A DNA stretch of 64,000 nucleotides, taken from sequence record KP869111; one strand, written 5' to 3'. The DNA comes from Escherichia coli O157 typing phage 13. Of the stretch, positions 43,495-53,010 are shown one piece after another. A program made the position numbers and the translations under genes. Positions within the stretch are counted from its first letter, which is position 1. Each line of letters starts with the position of its first letter. The notes beneath the pieces are model-generated. The model searched no databases. It was not told the DNA's origin and saw nothing but the letters and a program-made list of their open reading frames with translations.

Positions 43495-44486
43495 ATGATG
43501 TTAGTTATTGGTTCTCGTGCACTTCACTATCACGGTCTTATTGATTCTAGCGCTATTAAAAATAGTGATTGGGACTTTATTGCGGACCAAGGTTCTTGGA
43601 ATGCATTCAAAAATCAAATGATGGGTGTATATGTTCACCAAGATAACCCTGATGTCCAAGTTTTCAAATGCTTCCATAATGGACGCGAAACTCATTTTGA
43701 AGCATATATTGTTCCGGCAATCACTAATGTCCGTGAATTAGTCGGTGAACTCACTCCTGAAGATTTCACGTCTTCTTATGACCTTTTAAAATACGCCAAG
43801 AAAAATTTGACTAAAGACCGTTTGAACGGGTTTTACTGGGCAACTCCTGAGATATGTCTTGCAATTAAGATGTCTCATCGTTTCAAGAAAAATAATCCAT
43901 TCTTTTTAAAGACTATGAACCATATTCAGTATCTTCGTGGTAAAGGTGTTACACTTAACGATGAACTTACTGAAATTATGCTGAAACGNNNNNNNNNNNN
44001 NNNNNNNNNNNNNNNNNNNNNNNNNNNNNNNNNNNNNNNNNNNNNNNNNNNNNNNNNNNNNNNNNNNNNNNNNNNNNNNNNNNNNNNNNNNNNNNNNNNN
44101 NNNNNNNNNNNNNNNNNNNNNNNNNNNNNNNNNNNNNNNNNNNNNNNNNNNNNNNNNNNNNNNNNNNNNNNNNNNNNNNNNNNNNNNNNNNNNNNNNNNN
44201 GAAGTTTGAATCACTTCCGGAAATGGTCAAATTGGCCGGTGTATATGAAGAAACATGTGTACTAGCGTTAGAACGTTCTCAGATTCCTAATGGCTTTGAA
44301 ATCCATCCTCGTGATAGTTTTATGATGGCATTAGAAAAGGTCTGTACTTCAATCACATCAGGCTGGTTCCGTGAGTATGCCTGGGAGAACTATGGCAAAG
44401 TAGTAAGTATGTATCAAAGCTTAGGACACGACGATTACGTCAAGCGTTTCAAACAAAATTTTCATATGGTAAAACCTTTCAAATAA
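43495..44486 (+). CDS. Hypothetical protein of about 259 aa, interrupted by an N-run (43989-44200)
   Basis: SD GAGGAAAAT before ATG; 5' and 3' parts are in frame if the N-run has zero real length. Confidence 0.5.
43989..44200. other. Run of 212 N
   Basis: Unresolved bases inside a CDS; flanks join in frame when the N are removed. Confidence 0.99.
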
Positions 44487-44498
44487 TTTCACCAAACT

Positions 44499-44528
44499 GT
44501 TTACAAGGTCTGTAGTTGTTGATACTAT
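44499..44528 (+). promoter_or_regulatory. T4-type early promoter
   Basis: GTTTACaAGGTCTgtagttgttgaTACTATAGACCTatcaaaac with inverted-repeat arms. Confidence 0.5.
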
Positions 44529-44565
44529 AGACCTATCAAAACAAATGAGTGAATGGAGATACAAA

Positions 44566-44766
44566 ATGACTACTTTGAATAAACGTTTCGGTAAAGCTAA
44601 ACCTGGCTGTGCAGCAGAACGTCGTTACATTTTCGCTCAGTTAGAAGATGTAGAGTATCAGATTAATCAAGTTCACATTACTGGCATCGAGCCTATGTGT
44701 GGCCTTGAAGCTCTTCGTGAAGTTCGTGACGGGTATCGTCGTGATATCGAAGAAATGTCAAAATAA
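44566..44766 (+). CDS. Hypothetical 66-aa protein
   Basis: Start chosen at the ATG preceded by SD GGAGA (MTTLNKRFGK...). Confidence 0.5.
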   Translation: MTTLNKRFGKAKPGCAAERRYIFAQLEDVEYQINQVHITGIEPMCGLEALREVRDGYRRDIEEMSK

Positions 44767-44796
44767 GTGTACAAACTGATAGGACTATGTTATAGT
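44767..44796 (+). promoter_or_regulatory. T4-type early promoter (palindromic subfamily, -35 GTGTAC)
   Basis: GTGTACaaactgaTAGGACTAtgtTATAGTAGTCCTAttaaaac. Confidence 0.45.
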
Positions 44797-44824
44797 AGTC
44801 CTATTAAAACATGAGGAGAATATT

Positions 44825-44924
44825 ATGAAATTAGGCGAAACCAACCGAATTGGTCTTTTAACAATATTTGTATCACTTTTTTACGCAGCTCTTTCTGTTG
44901 CAGTATTACAAAAGGCTTACAGTA
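44825..44924 (+). CDS. 5' end of a CDS with a hydrophobic N-terminus, running into an N-run
   Basis: SD GAGGAG; MKLGETNRIGLLTIFVSLFYAALSVAVLQKAYS; in frame with the rIIA body if the N-run is zero-length. Confidence 0.35.
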
Positions 44925-45024
44925 NNNNNNNNNNNNNNNNNNNNNNNNNNNNNNNNNNNNNNNNNNNNNNNNNNNNNNNNNNNNNNNNNNNNNNNNNNNN
45001 NNNNNNNNNNNNNNNNNNNNNNNN
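44925..45024. other. Run of 100 N
   Basis: Unresolved bases at the 5' boundary of the rIIA homology. Confidence 0.99.
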
Positions 45025-46554
45025 GAACGTGGTAATATCATGGCTGTTTATGGCGGTATTGTATATCCAATCGGAAGTGTTATTAAAGAACAAACATGGA
45101 TGATGACGCGATGCACTACAGCTTATATTAAATTCCCTATGGGTGAACTAGATGTAGCCCCGTCTCGTGAAGCATTGTCATTTGATAAACGTACAGTAGC
45201 AAATATCCATAAACGCGTTGCAGAAATCGATGCTAAATTGTTTGCTGAAGATTCTAAGAAATGGATTGATTGTAAATACCCACGTCATGTGTTCCGTGAA
45301 ATTGATTCTCTTGGCTATACCGCTCGTAAATACATGGAAAAGGCCGGGTCTAATATTGAATCACTGAAATACTCTAAAGAACAACTAACTTATTCTGAGT
45401 TGTACAAACGTTTTAAAATGGGGCCTGAGTGGTGTAATCTTGGCGTCGTATACGATATCGTTGAATCCCCTCGTCTTCGTCGTATTCGTGAAAGTGGTAG
45501 CTCATCATCAACCATTTCAATTAACAGCCTGATTGGCATTAACATTAAAAACGTTGAAATTGTTATTGACGACGTTAAGGGACGCGTTCCATTAATGCGA
45601 GCTCTTAATTCAATTGAAATGTCTAAAGACGAGGTTAAATTAACTGGTAAAGTTCCACGTGGTTTTGGTAAAAGCGTACTATTCGTTGACCCTACAGACG
45701 AAGATGCAATGAAACTTCTGGAACGCCTTAAAGTTATCTTTGATGGCGACAACATTAACATGTACAAGACTTCAGAGCTTTTACAAATCGTTAAGCCATG
45801 GATTGAAGTCAGGAAACGAACTAATGAGCCTCGTCCTAAATCCCCAAGTGCTCATCGGTTCTTTAAGAATGAAAATGATGTTTGGGTATCAGAAGATCTC
45901 TTTATTCCGGCAAGTGAAGCAGATGAAATCCAAGGTTATGCTATAGTTCGTAATCGTTCTAATGCTGAATGTCTTGACGCAGATAAAGGTTGGTTGAATT
46001 ATGATTCTAATTTCTTGACTCGTATTGCCGATTTGTCAGGTATTAAAGAGTTCACTGTAGTTCGCCCACAGATTGCTAAGAAAGTTCGTAAACTTGGTGA
46101 AGTAGAATGCTTGTTCGAAAAATCAATTAATGACTATATTACGCTAATTGATAAAGTGGATTATGATGAGTATGTATCACCAAGTCGTAGAGCACAGCCT
46201 TATTTGAATCATATTACTCGTAATGAAGAGCTTAACTTCCTTAGTAAGTATTTTAGCTCTAAGAACAAAGAAATCAGTAAAGATTTTGCAAAACTTTCAA
46301 CAGTAAATAATCGTTGGGGATGGAATCGATTCGCAGGTGCTGATAACAGAGACCTGAACAGGAAGTTAGAATTGTGTGCTAAAATTTTCGATAAGCTTAA
46401 AGATAATGCTTACGATTATGATGATAAAATGGTTATTGAATTTGAAACCAATTATCATATTGTGTCAGAATACATGGGACGACGTGGTACTCTTTCCAAA
46501 GAACAGGTCACTCAAATCGTTAAATTCATGAAGGCTGTGGAAGCAGCCAAATAA
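45025..46554 (+). CDS. rIIA: rIIA protein, C-terminal about 510 aa (N-terminal about 245 aa of the T4-length protein not present)
   Basis: ...AVYGGIVYPIGSVI...YIKFPMGELDVAPSREALSFDKRT... aligns to T4 rIIA from about residue 245 to the end; followed by rIIB. Confidence 0.85.
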   Translation, partial: ERGNIMAVYGGIVYPIGSVIKEQTWMMTRCTTAYIKFPMGELDVAPSREALSFDKRTVANIHKRVAEIDAKLFAEDSKKWIDCKYPRHVFREIDSLGYTARKYMEKAGSNIESLKYSKEQLTYSELYKRFKMGPEWCNLGVVYDIVESPRLRRIRESGSSSSTISINSLIGINIKNVEIVIDDVKGRVPLMRALNSIEMSKDEVKLTGKVPRGFGKSVLFVDPTDEDAMKLLERLKVIFDGDNINMYKTSELLQIVKPWIEVRKRTNEPRPKSPSAHRFFKNENDVWVSEDLFIPASEADEIQGYAIVRNRSNAECLDADKGWLNYDSNFLTRIADLSGIKEFTVVRPQIAKKVRKLGEVECLFEKSINDYITLIDKVDYDEYVSPSRRAQPYLNHITRNEELNFLSKYFSSKNKEISKDFAKLSTVNNRWGWNRFAGADNRDLNRKLELCAKIFDKLKDNAYDYDDKMVIEFETNYHIVSEYMGRRGTLSKEQVTQIVKFMKAVEAAK

Positions 46555-46563
46555 GGAAACATT

Positions 46564-47511
46564 ATGTACAATATCAAATGCTTGTCCCAAGAAGAACAGT
46601 TAGAAGCTTACGGCCTGGTTGAATCAGGCAAATGGACTCGTAAAGAAATTGCCGATTACTTCGACATTTCAACAGATACTCTTCGTAAGATTGTTAAGAA
46701 TTTTAAAGCAGAAGGCGTTGTCCCTGAAGCAAACGATGCCTCTTATGTAATCGAAGAAGTTCCAGAAAATGATGAACCTATTATCGGCGGACATCGTCCT
46801 GAAATCGTATGGAACGCGTCATCTAAATTTATTTCAATTATTGAAGGACGCGTAGCATACAATGCGACCCCATCAAGTCATGCAAATTTTGAAGAAATTA
46901 AAGCTAATCTGGTCGCAGGAAACCTTAGTAAAGCTGTCGAACTTATTAACATCAAGAAAGCTATTACTAAGTTTGTTGATGGTAATGTTACTATTGAAGG
47001 TGGTAGTTTATTTTATCAAGGTATAGAGATTCGTTCAGGGCTGGTTAACCGTATTATTGATTCCATGGAAAAAGGTGAAGACTTTAAATTCTATCTGCCA
47101 TTCCTTGAAAACCTGTTAGAAAACCCAAGCGAAAAAGCTGTACAACGTTTATTCGACTTCTTGGTTGCAAACGATATTGAAATCACTGAAGATGGGTATT
47201 TCTATGCATGGAAAGTAGTTCGTAAGGACTATTTAGACTGCTATAGTGGTACATTTGATAACTCCCCAGGTAAAGTTGTTTCAATGCCTCGTACTCGAGT
47301 TAACGACGATGATACTCAAACCTGTTCTCGCGGTCTCCACGTTTGTGCTAAATCTTATATTCGCCACTTTGGTTCAAGCTCAGATAAAGTTGTGAAGGTT
47401 AAAGTTCATCCACGTGATGTTGTATCCATCCCAGTTGACTATGGTGATGCTAAGATGCGTACTTGTCGTTATGAAGTAATTTCAGACGTTACTGAATTAT
47501 TTGCAGAATAA
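46564..47511 (+). CDS. rIIB: rIIB protein
   Basis: 315 aa versus 312 in T4; MYNIKCL... N-terminus and highly conserved C-terminal half. Confidence 0.93.
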   Translation: MYNIKCLSQEEQLEAYGLVESGKWTRKEIADYFDISTDTLRKIVKNFKAEGVVPEANDASYVIEEVPENDEPIIGGHRPEIVWNASSKFISIIEGRVAYNATPSSHANFEEIKANLVAGNLSKAVELINIKKAITKFVDGNVTIEGGSLFYQGIEIRSGLVNRIIDSMEKGEDFKFYLPFLENLLENPSEKAVQRLFDFLVANDIEITEDGYFYAWKVVRKDYLDCYSGTFDNSPGKVVSMPRTRVNDDDTQTCSRGLHVCAKSYIRHFGSSSDKVVKVKVHPRDVVSIPVDYGDAKMRTCRYEVISDVTELFAE

Positions 47512-47514
47512 TAA

Positions 47515-47540
47515 TTGGGGACTTCGGTCCCCTTTTTTTT
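47515..47540 (+). terminator. Rho-independent terminator after rIIB
   Basis: GGGGAC-UUCG-GUCCCC followed by T8. Confidence 0.65.
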
Positions 47541-47554
47541 CTTTAGGGGTAATT

Positions 47555-47842
47555 ATGATTCATCCATTTGACGTATCAGAATCCAAAATTGCTAATCTTC
47601 GTGGTCATCATAAGTGTAAATCAGTTTATTGTGCTAAATTGGTAAAACATCCTGGCGATGCACACTATGGCTGGTTAGAATGTGACGAAGTTGTTATTGA
47701 AATCCCACCGGTAGATGCAGAATATCTTGAAGAAGGTGACCGCATTTATTTTGGCGAACTACACATTAGAGGTATCTATGGTAAAGACGAACTTGGGACT
47801 GTTGAGGCTGAAGAGTCTTCCGACATTTATCCTGTCGAATGA
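47555..47842 (+). CDS. Hypothetical 95-aa protein
   Basis: Start at ATG with SD-like GGGGTAATT; Cys/His-containing. Confidence 0.5.
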   Translation: MIHPFDVSESKIANLRGHHKCKSVYCAKLVKHPGDAHYGWLECDEVVIEIPPVDAEYLEEGDRIYFGELHIRGIYGKDELGTVEAEESSDIYPVE

Positions 47843-47858
47843 GTTTTTGACTAGCGAA

Positions 47859-48335
47859 ATGAAGGTTAAGATCGCTGATACTGCTCGGTACTCGTTGAAA
47901 CAAGATCCAGGTCAAATAAAAGAAGACGTTGTTCGACGTTGTAAGGTTGCAGTCTTTGCAGAGTATGTAGTAGCAAATTGGCTAGACGGATATGTTAATA
48001 AAGGTAATGAAGACGTAGAAGACCCGTACACGTATGCATGGGACGTTTTAGCTCATCCTAAGTACTGTGGTCTACGCGTAGAAGTAAAGACCCATCAGAT
48101 GGATTCGAAATGGATTTCGGTTACCACAGGATACGGTGGTGATTATCCAGGTGGCAACGGAATCAACATAGGGCCCTTCTTGAACCATCGAGTCGCAGAT
48201 TGCATTATTATATTAGATGTCAAAGAAACCTCACCTGACGTCTTCTCTTATTCTATAAAGTTCGTGGGAGACCATGAAGACCTAAAGAAAATCGTCCGCA
48301 AGAGCAACTACAACGGGTGGTATCTTCATCTTTAA
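47859..48335 (+). CDS. denB: Putative endonuclease IV (DenB-like)
   Basis: 158 aa from the in-frame ATG; sits where T4 has denB after rIIB; the identification rests on position. Confidence 0.55.
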   Translation: MKVKIADTARYSLKQDPGQIKEDVVRRCKVAVFAEYVVANWLDGYVNKGNEDVEDPYTYAWDVLAHPKYCGLRVEVKTHQMDSKWISVTTGYGGDYPGGNGINIGPFLNHRVADCIIILDVKETSPDVFSYSIKFVGDHEDLKKIVRKSNYNGWYLHL

Positions 48336-48346
48336 TTTCATAAAAG

Positions 48347-48377
48347 TGTTTACAACTAAGTAGGACTATGATATAGT
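48347..48377 (+). promoter_or_regulatory. T4-type early promoter (palindromic subfamily)
   Basis: GTTTACaactaagTAGGACTAtgaTATAGTAGTCCTAtctaaa. Confidence 0.5.
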
Positions 48378-48403
48378 AGTCCTATCTAAAAGAGGATAAC
48401 ATC

Positions 48404-48667
48404 ATGAAATTTAAATTTTTCTACGCAAAACATAAAGTAACAGGCGAATTTGTTTCAATGTACAACACTGCAGATGACGAAGGGATGATTTATACCCATT
48501 TGGGTCTATCTCATTGGGACTCAGACGTGCCTTATATGTCATCTGAAGCCGAAATAACTCGTTTAGTTAATGGACATATGAACGACCATTTTAGTGTTAT
48601 CCTTTCTAAAGACCTTAAAGAGGTTATCAACAAAGGATATATGGAACTCGCGGAAGTTGAGATATGA
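48404..48667 (+). CDS. Hypothetical 87-aa protein
   Basis: ORF with SD GAGGA downstream of an early promoter. Confidence 0.5.
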   Translation: MKFKFFYAKHKVTGEFVSMYNTADDEGMIYTHLGLSHWDSDVPYMSSEAEITRLVNGHMNDHFSVILSKDLKEVINKGYMELAEVEI

Positions 48668-48859
48668 GCTCTAAAATGTGGATCGGAATATGGTTGCTTA
48701 GTATCCCAATGATTTGTATAATATTTTCAATTGTGTTGAGGTACTTATGAAAAATGCACTTCTTATTGTACTAAGATCAATTTGTGATACGGGTTTTTAC
48801 ATTGCATGTTCGTTCACTGGAACATGGTTGGCTTTAACATATTTTAATGTAATTTAATT

Positions 48860-48889
48860 GTTTACAACAAGGTAGGATTATGGTATAGT
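48860..48889 (+). promoter_or_regulatory. T4-type early promoter (palindromic subfamily)
   Basis: GTTTACaacaaggTAGGATTAtggTATAGTAGTCCTActgaaac. Confidence 0.5.
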
Positions 48890-48917
48890 AGTCCTACTGA
48901 AACATGAGGAACACAAA

Positions 48918-49118
48918 ATGGCTAAGCTTTTTAAAGATGTTGAAATTGGTGAAAAATTTGTTCTGAATAATGGTCAGCAGCTTATTCGTGTAGCTTCTAT
49001 CGCCGGACAAACTCATAACTGTATCGCCCCAACGTGTTGGACTCGATTTTTTATTGAAGATGACACTGAATGTTTAACTGTTGAAGAGCTTTTTGAACGT
49101 TCTGATATGACCGAATAA
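48918..49118 (+). CDS. Hypothetical 66-aa protein
   Basis: ORF with SD GAGGAA downstream of an early promoter. Confidence 0.5.
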   Translation: MAKLFKDVEIGEKFVLNNGQQLIRVASIAGQTHNCIAPTCWTRFFIEDDTECLTVEELFERSDMTE

Positions 49119-49194
49119 AATTGTACAAACTCTTGAGAGCAGAGTATAATGCTCTCATGGATTACAAAAACATTAATCAATTGAGGAAATTAGC

Positions 49195-49641
49195 ATGTCC
49201 AAATATTTAACTCGTAAAGACCTTCTGGCAGTTGGCGGTGAAGTTGTTGCAGTAGTTCGTAATGGCGAATACGGTTCTGAAGTTTCTAAAGAGTTTCGTT
49301 CTCGTGAAGGTTTTTACTTCTTTGTTAAAGGTTCATCTGATTGGCGACAAGTAGCAGCACGATTCTTTGTAGGACGTCAACGTTCTAAACAAGGGTTGGA
49401 TGCAATTCTTTCTCACATTCGTCAAGGCCGTTCGCAACTAGCCCGTACCATGGGCACTAATAATATTGAATATGATGTAATCTTTGTTGCAGCTAAGAAC
49501 ATGAAACCACTGACCACCGGTTATGGTAAAGGTCAATTGGCTCTGGCATTCACTCGCAACCATACATCAGAATATCAAACACTCACTGAAATGAACCGTC
49601 TTCTGGCTGATAATTTCAAATTCATTCTGCAGAGTTACTAA
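49195..49641 (+). CDS. ndd: Nucleoid disruption protein Ndd
   Basis: 148 aa versus 151 in T4; central region ...QRSKQG...LSHIRQ...RSQLART... and C-terminus KPLTTG...[13 protein letters not shown]...SEYQTL...EMNR...LADNFKF... match T4 Ndd. Confidence 0.88.
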   Translation: MSKYLTRKDLLAVGGEVVAVVRNGEYGSEVSKEFRSREGFYFFVKGSSDWRQVAARFFVGRQRSKQGLDAILSHIRQGRSQLARTMGTNNIEYDVIFVAAKNMKPLTTGYGKGQLALAFTRNHTSEYQTLTEMNRLLADNFKFILQSY

Positions 49642-49694
49642 TTTATACAGGCCCTATTAAGTTAGGCCTTTAATTTATTTTTGAGGTAATTAAA

Positions 49695-49841
49695 ATGGTA
49701 GCATGGATTATTGCATTGCTGTGTTGGTCGTTTTTATTCGTTAACACTTTAGTTACAGGCGAAACAACAGTATTTCAACAGGCCGTATCACAAGGTACCT
49801 TAGCGGTCTTAGCTCTTATTAACGTGTTAAAAGGCGAGTAA
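49695..49841 (+). CDS. Hypothetical 48-aa membrane peptide (below ORF-track cutoff)
   Basis: SD GAGG; single predicted TM helix; stop overlaps the next start (TAATG). Confidence 0.4.
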   Translation: MVAWIIALLCWSFLFVNTLVTGETTVFQQAVSQGTLAVLALINVLKGE

Positions 49842-49981
49842 TGATTAAGAAAATCTTAGCAGGAGCCTTCGGGCTCTTGTTGTTGCTTACGGTTCTGTAC
49901 TACGGTGTGATGTTTGGACTAATCCAAGTAGTGCTTTTCATTTCAGATGTTATAATGGATATTCGTTCATTAATATGGTGA
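49841..49981 (+). CDS. Hypothetical 46-aa membrane peptide (below ORF-track cutoff)
   Basis: Leu-rich hydrophobic core; translationally coupled; T4 has small membrane genes (ac, ndd.x) here. Confidence 0.4.
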   Translation: MIKKILAGAFGLLLLLTVLYYGVMFGLIQVVLFISDVIMDIRSLIW

Positions 49982-49985
49982 AAAT

Positions 49986-51394
49986 ATGCAATTGAATTCT
50001 CGTAATCTAAAAAGTATTATTGATAACGAAGCCTTAGCATATGCGATGTACACCGTTGAAAACCGTGCAATCCCAAACATGATTGATGGATTTAAGCCGG
50101 TTCAACGTTTTGTGGTCCATCGTGCGTTAGATTTGGCTCGTGGTAATAAAGAAAAATTTCATAAACTTGCGTCAATTGCAGGCGGTGTTGCAGATTTAGG
50201 TTATCACCATGGTGAATCTTCTGCACAAGATGCAGGTGCATTGATGGCTAACACATGGAACAACAACTATCCACTGTTAGATGGCCAAGGCAACTTTGGT
50301 TCTAGAACAGTCCANNNNNNNNNNNNNNNNNNNNNNNNNNNNNNNNNNNNNNNNNNNNNNNNNNNNNNNNNNNNNNNNNNNNNNNNNNNNNNNNNNNNAA
50401 AGCTGCAGCATCTCGTTATATTTTTGCTCGTGTAAGTAAAAATTTCTATAACGTATATAAAGATACTGAATATGCTCCAGCTCATGAAGATAAAGAACAC
50501 GTTCCACCAAAATTCTATCTTCCTATTATTCCGACAGTTCTTTTGAATGGTGTATCTGGTATTGCAACCGGTTACGCAACAAATATTCTGCCTCATAGTT
50601 TTAAATCGGTAAAAAAGGCTGTATTACAAGCTCTTCAAGGTAAAAATGTCACTAAGCCAAAAGTTGAATTCCCGGAATTCCATGGTGAAGTACATGAAGT
50701 TGATGGGCGTTATGAGATTCACGGAACATATAAGTTCACATCTCGCACTCAAATGCAGATAACTGAAATCCCATATAAATTCGACCGTGAAACGTATGTG
50801 AGTAAGGTTCTTGACCCGTTGGAAGACAAAGGTCTAATCTCATGGGAAGATGATTGTGGTGAACACGGCTTTGGGTTTAAGGTGAAGTTCCGTAAAGAGT
50901 ACTCGCTTCCTGATGATGAAGAGCTACGTCATGAAAAAATCATGAAAGATTTTAGTCTCATCGAACGTCGTTCACAAAACATCACAGTGATTAATGAAAA
51001 GGGTAAATTAGCAGTCTACGATAACGTAGTGGACTTAATCAAAGATTTTGTTGAAGTCCGTAAGACTTACGTTCAGAAACGTATTGACAACAAAATCCTT
51101 GAATCTGAAAAAGCATTTAAACTGGCTTTTGCTAAGGCACACTTCATCAAAAAAGTTATCAACGGTGAAATCGTGATTCAGGGCAAGACTCGTAAAGCTT
51201 TGACTGAAGAGCTAGCACAAATCGAAATGTATAAAGAACATGTCGATAAACTGGTAGGTCTTAACATCTTCCATATCACTTCCGATGAAGCACGTAAACT
51301 AGCAGAAGAAGCTAAAGCTAAGAAAGAAGAAAATGAGTATTGGAAGTCTACTGATGTTGTGACAGAGTACACTAAAGACTTGGAGGCACTTTGA
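49986..51394 (+). CDS. 52: DNA topoisomerase II medium subunit gp52, interrupted by an N-run (50315-50398)
   Basis: Both halves recognised as T4 gp52 (GyrA-like); halves sum to about 441 aa versus 442 in T4, so the 84 N stand for only about 1 nt. Confidence 0.9.
50315..50398. other. Run of 84 N inside gene 52
   Basis: Flanking codons are off by one frame, consistent with about 1 missing base rather than 84. Confidence 0.99.
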
Positions 51395-51465
51395 GTGCTA
51401 TAGCCTTAGGATTTCTCGGTGCAATAGCTGTACTAGTGATTTGGCTGTATTGGTTGGACAAACAT

Positions 51466-51490
51466 GATTAGGGAGCTTCGGCTCCCTTTT
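51466..51490 (+). terminator. Rho-independent terminator after gene 52
   Basis: GGGAGC-UUCG-GCUCCC followed by UUUUG. Confidence 0.55.
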
Positions 51491-51512
51491 GTGCATTTTT
51501 CTCACAAAACAG

Positions 51513-51540
51513 TTTACATGCGCTTCAATCATGATATTAT
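51513..51540 (+). promoter_or_regulatory. T4-type early promoter upstream of motA
   Basis: GTTTACatgcgcttcaatcatgaTATTATagacctatcaaaac (17-nt spacer). Confidence 0.5.
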
Positions 51541-51579
51541 AGACCTATCAAAACAAAACAACCAAATTGGAGAAATAAA

Positions 51580-52212
51580 ATGTCTAAAGTTACTTACATC
51601 ATCAAAGCTTCTGAAAACGCTCTGAATGAAAAAACTGCTGCAATAATGGTTTATATCATTAAGAACAACTTCACCACTGCTGCCAATGTCCGTGAAGCTC
51701 TGGAAGCAGAATACAATGCATCAGTTGTTAACTCTAACATTGGTGTATTGATTAAGAAAGGTTTAGTCGAAAAATCTGGTGATGGACTTGTGGCAACCGG
51801 CGAAGCAATGGATATTATCCAAAAAGCTGCAGACCTATTTGCTCAAGAAAATGCTCCAGAACTTCTTCAGAAACGTAACACCAGAAAAGCACGTGGAGTT
51901 ACTCCTGAAATGCATGAATTAGCAAACTTTGTTTTTGAAAATATTAAAGATAAAGTTGAAGTTAAAGAAATTGGTGAAAACCGTAGTAACTTAGAAGTTC
52001 GATTTGCAAAACGAGTTCTAGGCATTCGCCAAATTGAAATTCGACGAGATGGCGCTCTTAGAATCTTTGCATACAACATGTCAGAAACTGAATCAAAGCT
52101 GTTTACTTCTCTTGAAAATGATGTTAAGATTAAGATCGGTGGTAAATATACTTACATTGACTTCCCTAATGTGTCCAAAGAAATCATTACCCTTGTAACT
52201 AACGTACTGTGA
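51580..52212 (+). CDS. motA: MotA middle-transcription activator
   Basis: 210 aa versus 211 in T4; MSKVTYIIKAS... and VVNSNIGVLIKKGLVEKSGDGL match T4 MotA. Confidence 0.92.
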   Translation: MSKVTYIIKASENALNEKTAAIMVYIIKNNFTTAANVREALEAEYNASVVNSNIGVLIKKGLVEKSGDGLVATGEAMDIIQKAADLFAQENAPELLQKRNTRKARGVTPEMHELANFVFENIKDKVEVKEIGENRSNLEVRFAKRVLGIRQIEIRRDGALRIFAYNMSETESKLFTSLENDVKIKIGGKYTYIDFPNVSKEIITLVTNVL

Positions 52213-52222
52213 GGAATACGTA

Positions 52223-52552
52223 ATGAATAAGCTGAATATTATTAACGAACTTCGTAAATGTGCAGAACCTACTCAGGAAGGATGGGATATTTGGTACCAC
52301 GGTGCTTATTTAGGGACAATTGTAAAGATTAAAGCAGGCCAATATACGGTTATTCGTGAAAATAATGACGCGCCATTTGGTCTTCGTAAAAACTACATGG
52401 CAGCGATCAGTTCGTTTGTTGATGCAGCTTACGAAATCTATAAAGAAGATTATAAAGAGTATCAGCAGTCACAACCGGTTATTCGTTCGATTGGTGTAAA
52501 TAAACAAGCACAAAAATCTATTTGGCAACGTATTAAGGAATGGTTTAAATGA
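52223..52552 (+). CDS. Hypothetical 109-aa protein
   Basis: ORF with SD GAGGAA in the motA-asiA interval. Confidence 0.5.
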   Translation: MNKLNIINELRKCAEPTQEGWDIWYHGAYLGTIVKIKAGQYTVIRENNDAPFGLRKNYMAAISSFVDAAYEIYKEDYKEYQQSQPVIRSIGVNKQAQKSIWQRIKEWFK

Positions 52553-53010
52553 AATCATTTAAAGAACGTTTAGAGCTATTAGATTTGGCCTTGTCTCGTG
52601 AGACTCCTGAAAGTCTAGCAGAAAAATTCCAGTCCTACGGTTATAATTATTCTGCTGATGATATAATGAATGAAGTTCCTGAAATCTGTTGGCAAACGTG
52701 CTATTGGAACAATGACCAAAAAGTTCAACGTGTTATAGTATGTGCAGCTAATAGGTTTAAATTGAAGAGCGGTGGAACTCTGGTTATTCCTGGAGTTCGT
52801 CATTACTCTAAAGATATGGCTGAAGTACTTGATATAGTTGGTCCTCAATTAGTCTCGCAACAAGTTTGTGGCGATGACCAAGGCTTTATCGACCAATACT
52901 CTAATTACTGGACTCGTGAAGAAGCAATGATTATTGCAACATATGCTGGACAGGTACGTATTGAACGTGGCGGAAGTGAGAAAGAACTTTATTCAGAGGA
53001 CCTTTATTAA
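52549..53010 (+). CDS. Hypothetical 153-aa protein
   Basis: ORF with ATGA overlap to the upstream gene; no motif recognised. Confidence 0.55.
   Translation: MKSFKERLELLDLALSRETPESLAEKFQSYGYNYSADDIMNEVPEICWQTCYWNNDQKVQRVIVCAANRFKLKSGGTLVIPGVRHYSKDMAEVLDIVGPQLVSQQVCGDDQGFIDQYSNYWTREEAMIIATYAGQVRIERGGSEKELYSEDLY

Noticed and set aside
44825-45103. 92-aa ORF reading through the N-run upstream of rIIA
   Set aside because: Its post-gap residues are an out-of-frame reading of rIIA; only the 33 pre-gap codons are meaningful.
38494-48889. Near-identical 45-bp palindromic elements as miniature mobile elements
   Set aside because: Each sits at fixed distance upstream of an SD and ATG with canonical -35/-10 spacing and no target-site duplications, so promoter function explains them better.
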